Notes under the pieces: generated by a model | Databases searched by the model: none | The model's input: only the letters and a program-made list of their open reading frames with translations | What the model was told of the DNA's origin: nothing | IMG/VR virus record: IMGVR_UViG_2547132278_000016 | Length of the DNA stretch: 18,636 nucleotides | Source: a virus | Taxonomy: Duplodnaviria; Heunggongvirae; Uroviricota; Caudoviricetes | Direction: 5' to 3' (one strand) | Position numbers and translations under genes: made by a program | Part shown: positions 15,748 through 18,636 of the stretch, one piece after another | How positions within the stretch are numbered: the stretch's first letter is position 1 | How the letters are laid out: every line of letters starts with the position of its first letter

Positions 15748-16830
15748 TTAGAACTGGTAAACCATACCTACAGCAACGATATCATCGGTAGCAACGCCAG
15801 ATGCTTTCGTGAAATCGCTCTTATCAATCAGGTTGATTTTGTAGTCAACAAAAGTGGACATATTTTTGTTGAAGTAATAGGTTGCACCTACATCAACATA
15901 TTCAACCAGGTCCTGATCACCCCAAACACCCAAGTCTTTTCCTTTAGAATGCAGGTAAGCAACGGATGGACGCAGGCCGAAGTCGAACTGATATTGTGCA
16001 ACAGCTTCGAAGTTTTGTGCTTTGTTGGCAATATGGTTATTACCAAAAACAGTCATGTTCTGGGTTTCAGAATAGGTGGTAGCCAGATAGATGTTGTTCG
16101 CATCATATTTCAGACCAGCTGCCCATACTTCAGCATTTTGACCAGATGCATTCAGGCTGTTGTTACCGTAGATAACCTGATTATTAGTGCGGTCAGATTT
16201 AGCATAGGTTGCACCTACACCGAATCCTTCATACTCATAAGTAGTGGAGAAACCGAAACCATCACCATTAGCTTCAGTTACGTCAGTGCGGTCATTTTTA
16301 CCCTGATACTGAGCAGCAAAGTTCAGACCATCAACCAGACCAAAGAAGTCATTGTTACGATAAGTTGCAACACCTGTGGTGCGACCAGTCATGAATACAT
16401 CTGTTTGGGTCCAGGTATCGCCACCGAATTCTGGCAGAACGTCGGTCCATGCACCAATATCGTATGCTACACCGTAGTTACGGCCATAATCGATGGAGCC
16501 GTAGTCACCGAATTTCAGGCCAGCGAAGGCAAGACGGGTTTTATCTTTGGAGGAACCTTGAGATTCAGCGCGGTTGCCTTTGAATTCATATTCCCACTGA
16601 CCGAAACCAGTCAGTTGATCGTTGATTTGGGTTTCACCTTTGAAGCCAAGACGGGCATAAGTAGTATCACCATCATCTGCATCATTAGAGGAGAAGTAGT
16701 GCTTAGCATTAACTTTCCCGTACAGATCCAGCTTGTTACTGTCTTTATTATAAATTTCAGCTGCCTGAGCAGACATCGCCATCAGTACTGATGCAGCTAC
16801 AGCAGAAATTGCCACTGTTAATTTTTTCAT
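15748..16830 (-). CDS. nmpC: OmpC/OmpF-family general porin (NmpC / Lc type), apparently intact
   Basis: 360 aa from ATG 16830: signal peptide [23 protein letters not shown], porin-like beta-strand periodicity, C-terminal …VGMVYQF; matches remembered NmpC; the track ORF adds a 20-aa upstream extension. Confidence 0.9.
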   Translation of the reverse strand: MKKLTVAISAVAASVLMAMSAQAAEIYNKDSNKLDLYGKVNAKHYFSSNDADDGDTTYARLGFKGETQINDQLTGFGQWEYEFKGNRAESQGSSKDKTRLAFAGLKFGDYGSIDYGRNYGVAYDIGAWTDVLPEFGGDTWTQTDVFMTGRTTGVATYRNNDFFGLVDGLNFAAQYQGKNDRTDVTEANGDGFGFSTTYEYEGFGVGATYAKSDRTNNQVIYGNNSLNASGQNAEVWAAGLKYDANNIYLATTYSETQNMTVFGNNHIANKAQNFEAVAQYQFDFGLRPSVAYLHSKGKDLGVWGDQDLVEYVDVGATYYFNKNMSTFVDYKINLIDKSDFTKASGVATDDIVAVGMVYQF

Positions 16831-17256
16831 CGTGAGCCCTTTTTTTGAACTATTATTAAAAAATGATGTCACTGCGCGATAAATATTCATCTAATCAATG
16901 TGATTATTTCAAGATGTAAGTTTTGGTTTCTCATTTGATTTGTGAAGTAGATCTCTATTTTTATCTGAACTTTTTCTATCGAATCCTATTCATGGCTCTT
17001 GGCTGAATAAAAATAAATCTATTAGCCAATTTATATTAATGGCTGTTATTTATAAGTGCTCTATAATTTGAAGATTCAATTTAAACCAGCTAAAAATAAC
17101 GCTGGAAATTATTTGTTGGTTATTTGTTGAGATTTGCTTATGTATTTGTAGTGGTGTTTTCAATACTCGGTAGCATTCTCGCAAATATCATTTAGTGGTT
17201 TACGTACGTAAAAAATTGGTTATGCTGTTAAGAGTGGTTACTTCGTCACACAGCTT

Positions 17257-17289
17257 AAACCCGCCGTCGAGCGGGTTTTTCCATTTTTT
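17257..17289 (+). terminator. Intrinsic terminator upstream of the lysis genes (tR'-like)
   Basis: AAACCCGC-cgtcga-GCGGGTTT followed by TTCCATTTTTT, ~130 bp before the holin start, with no + strand gene upstream. Confidence 0.6.
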
Positions 17290-17417
17290 GAGTCTCGATA
17301 TTAGCTGATAACCCAATACCTGAGTTATTCACTGACTCCGAGTCTGTTACGTTTCTGCTTTTTTGCGATACGTTGTATTCCCTCAATTTACACCCGCTTT
17401 GTCTGCGAGGTGGGGTT

Positions 17418-17633
17418 ATGAAATCCATGGATAAGTTAACAACGGGTGTCGCCTATGGCACCTCAGCAGGTAGTGCCGGTTACTGGTTTTTACAGCTGCT
17501 CGATAAAGTCACGCCCTCACAGTGGGCAGCAATAGGTGTGCTGGGTAGCCTGGTATTTGGCCTGCTGACGTACCTGACAAACCTTTATTTCAAGATTAAA
17601 GAAGATAAGCGCAAGGCTGCGAGAGGTGAATAA
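17418..17633 (+). CDS. S: Class II holin (phage 21 S-type pinholin) with dual-start motif
   Basis: [71 protein letters not shown]; Met1-Lys-Ser-Met4 gives 71- and 68-aa products; GAGGTGGGG upstream. Confidence 0.85.
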
Positions 17634-18126
17634 TGCCTCCATCATTACGAAAAGCCGTTGCTGCTGCTATTGGTGGCGGAGCAATTGCTATAGCATCAGT
17701 GTTAATTACTGGCCCAAGTGGTAACGATGGTCTGGAAGGTGTCAGCTACATACCATACAAAGATATTGTTGGTGTATGGACTGTATGTCACGGGCATACA
17801 GGAAAAGACATCATGCTCGGTAAAACGTATACCAAAGCAGAATGCAAAGCCCTCCTGAATAAAGACCTTGCCACGGTCGCCAGACAAATTAACCCGTACA
17901 TCAAAGTCGATATACCGGAAACAATGCGCGGCGCTCTTTACTCATTCGTTTACAACGTGGGTGCTGGCAATTTCAGAACATCGACGCTTCTTCGCAAAAT
18001 AAACCAGGGCGATATCAAAGGCGCATGTGATCAGCTACGTCGCTGGACATATGCTGGCGGTAAGCAATGGAAAGGTCTCATGACTCGTCGTGAGATTGAG
18101 CGTGAAATCTGTTTGTGGGGTCAGCA

Positions 18127-18130
<4 letters not shown>
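17633..18130 (+). CDS. R: SAR endolysin (T4-lysozyme-like muramidase with N-terminal signal-anchor-release domain)
   Basis: 165 aa; Gly/Ala-rich weak TM segment [20 protein letters not shown], then E…D…T-containing region ([22 protein letters not shown]); start overlaps the holin stop (TAATG). Confidence 0.85.

Positions 18131-18636
<506 letters not shown>

Noticed and set aside
15949-16791. 280-aa + strand ORF inside the porin gene
   Set aside because: Antisense to the porin; the translation is low-complexity with no recognisable features
17702-17887. 61-aa - strand ORF inside the endolysin gene
   Set aside because: Antisense to the endolysin; no support

Overview
This window is the left end of a mosaic lambdoid prophage inserted at the lambda attB site, next to host gene ybhC. 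All protein identifications are from reading the supplied translations against remembered phage and E. coli proteins; no database search was run. Layout, left to right: ybhC (- strand); attL with the lambda core GCTTTTTTATACTAA and P' arm; lambda-type int and xis; an accessory region with small lambda-like ORFs (including a TraR-like zinc finger) plus one AT-rich, oppositely oriented membrane-protein gene that I could not place in any family; the lambda Red module (exo, bet, gam), kil, cIII, ea10; sieB; a P22-type immunity region (gp24/N-like antiterminator, nutL, OL/pL, c2 repressor, OR, cro, nutR, c1/cII-like); lambda O (with ori iterons) and P; a truncated ren; a cargo segment (frameshifted secreted-protein gene, a ~580 bp stretch with no ORF of 60 codons or more, a small ORF with a G6 tract); a DLP12-like nin block (ybcN, ninE, ybcO, rusA, ylcG) and Q antiterminator; an intact OmpC-family porin gene (nmpC-like) on the opposite strand; and a phage-21-type lysis cassette (dual-start pinholin, SAR endolysin) whose Rz gene is cut by an IS21-family element at the window edge. 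No CRISPR array, tRNA or rRNA was seen. The best candidates for something undescribed are the lone membrane-protein gene in the xis-exo slot and the ren-ybcN cargo segment; neither can be assigned a function from sequence alone.
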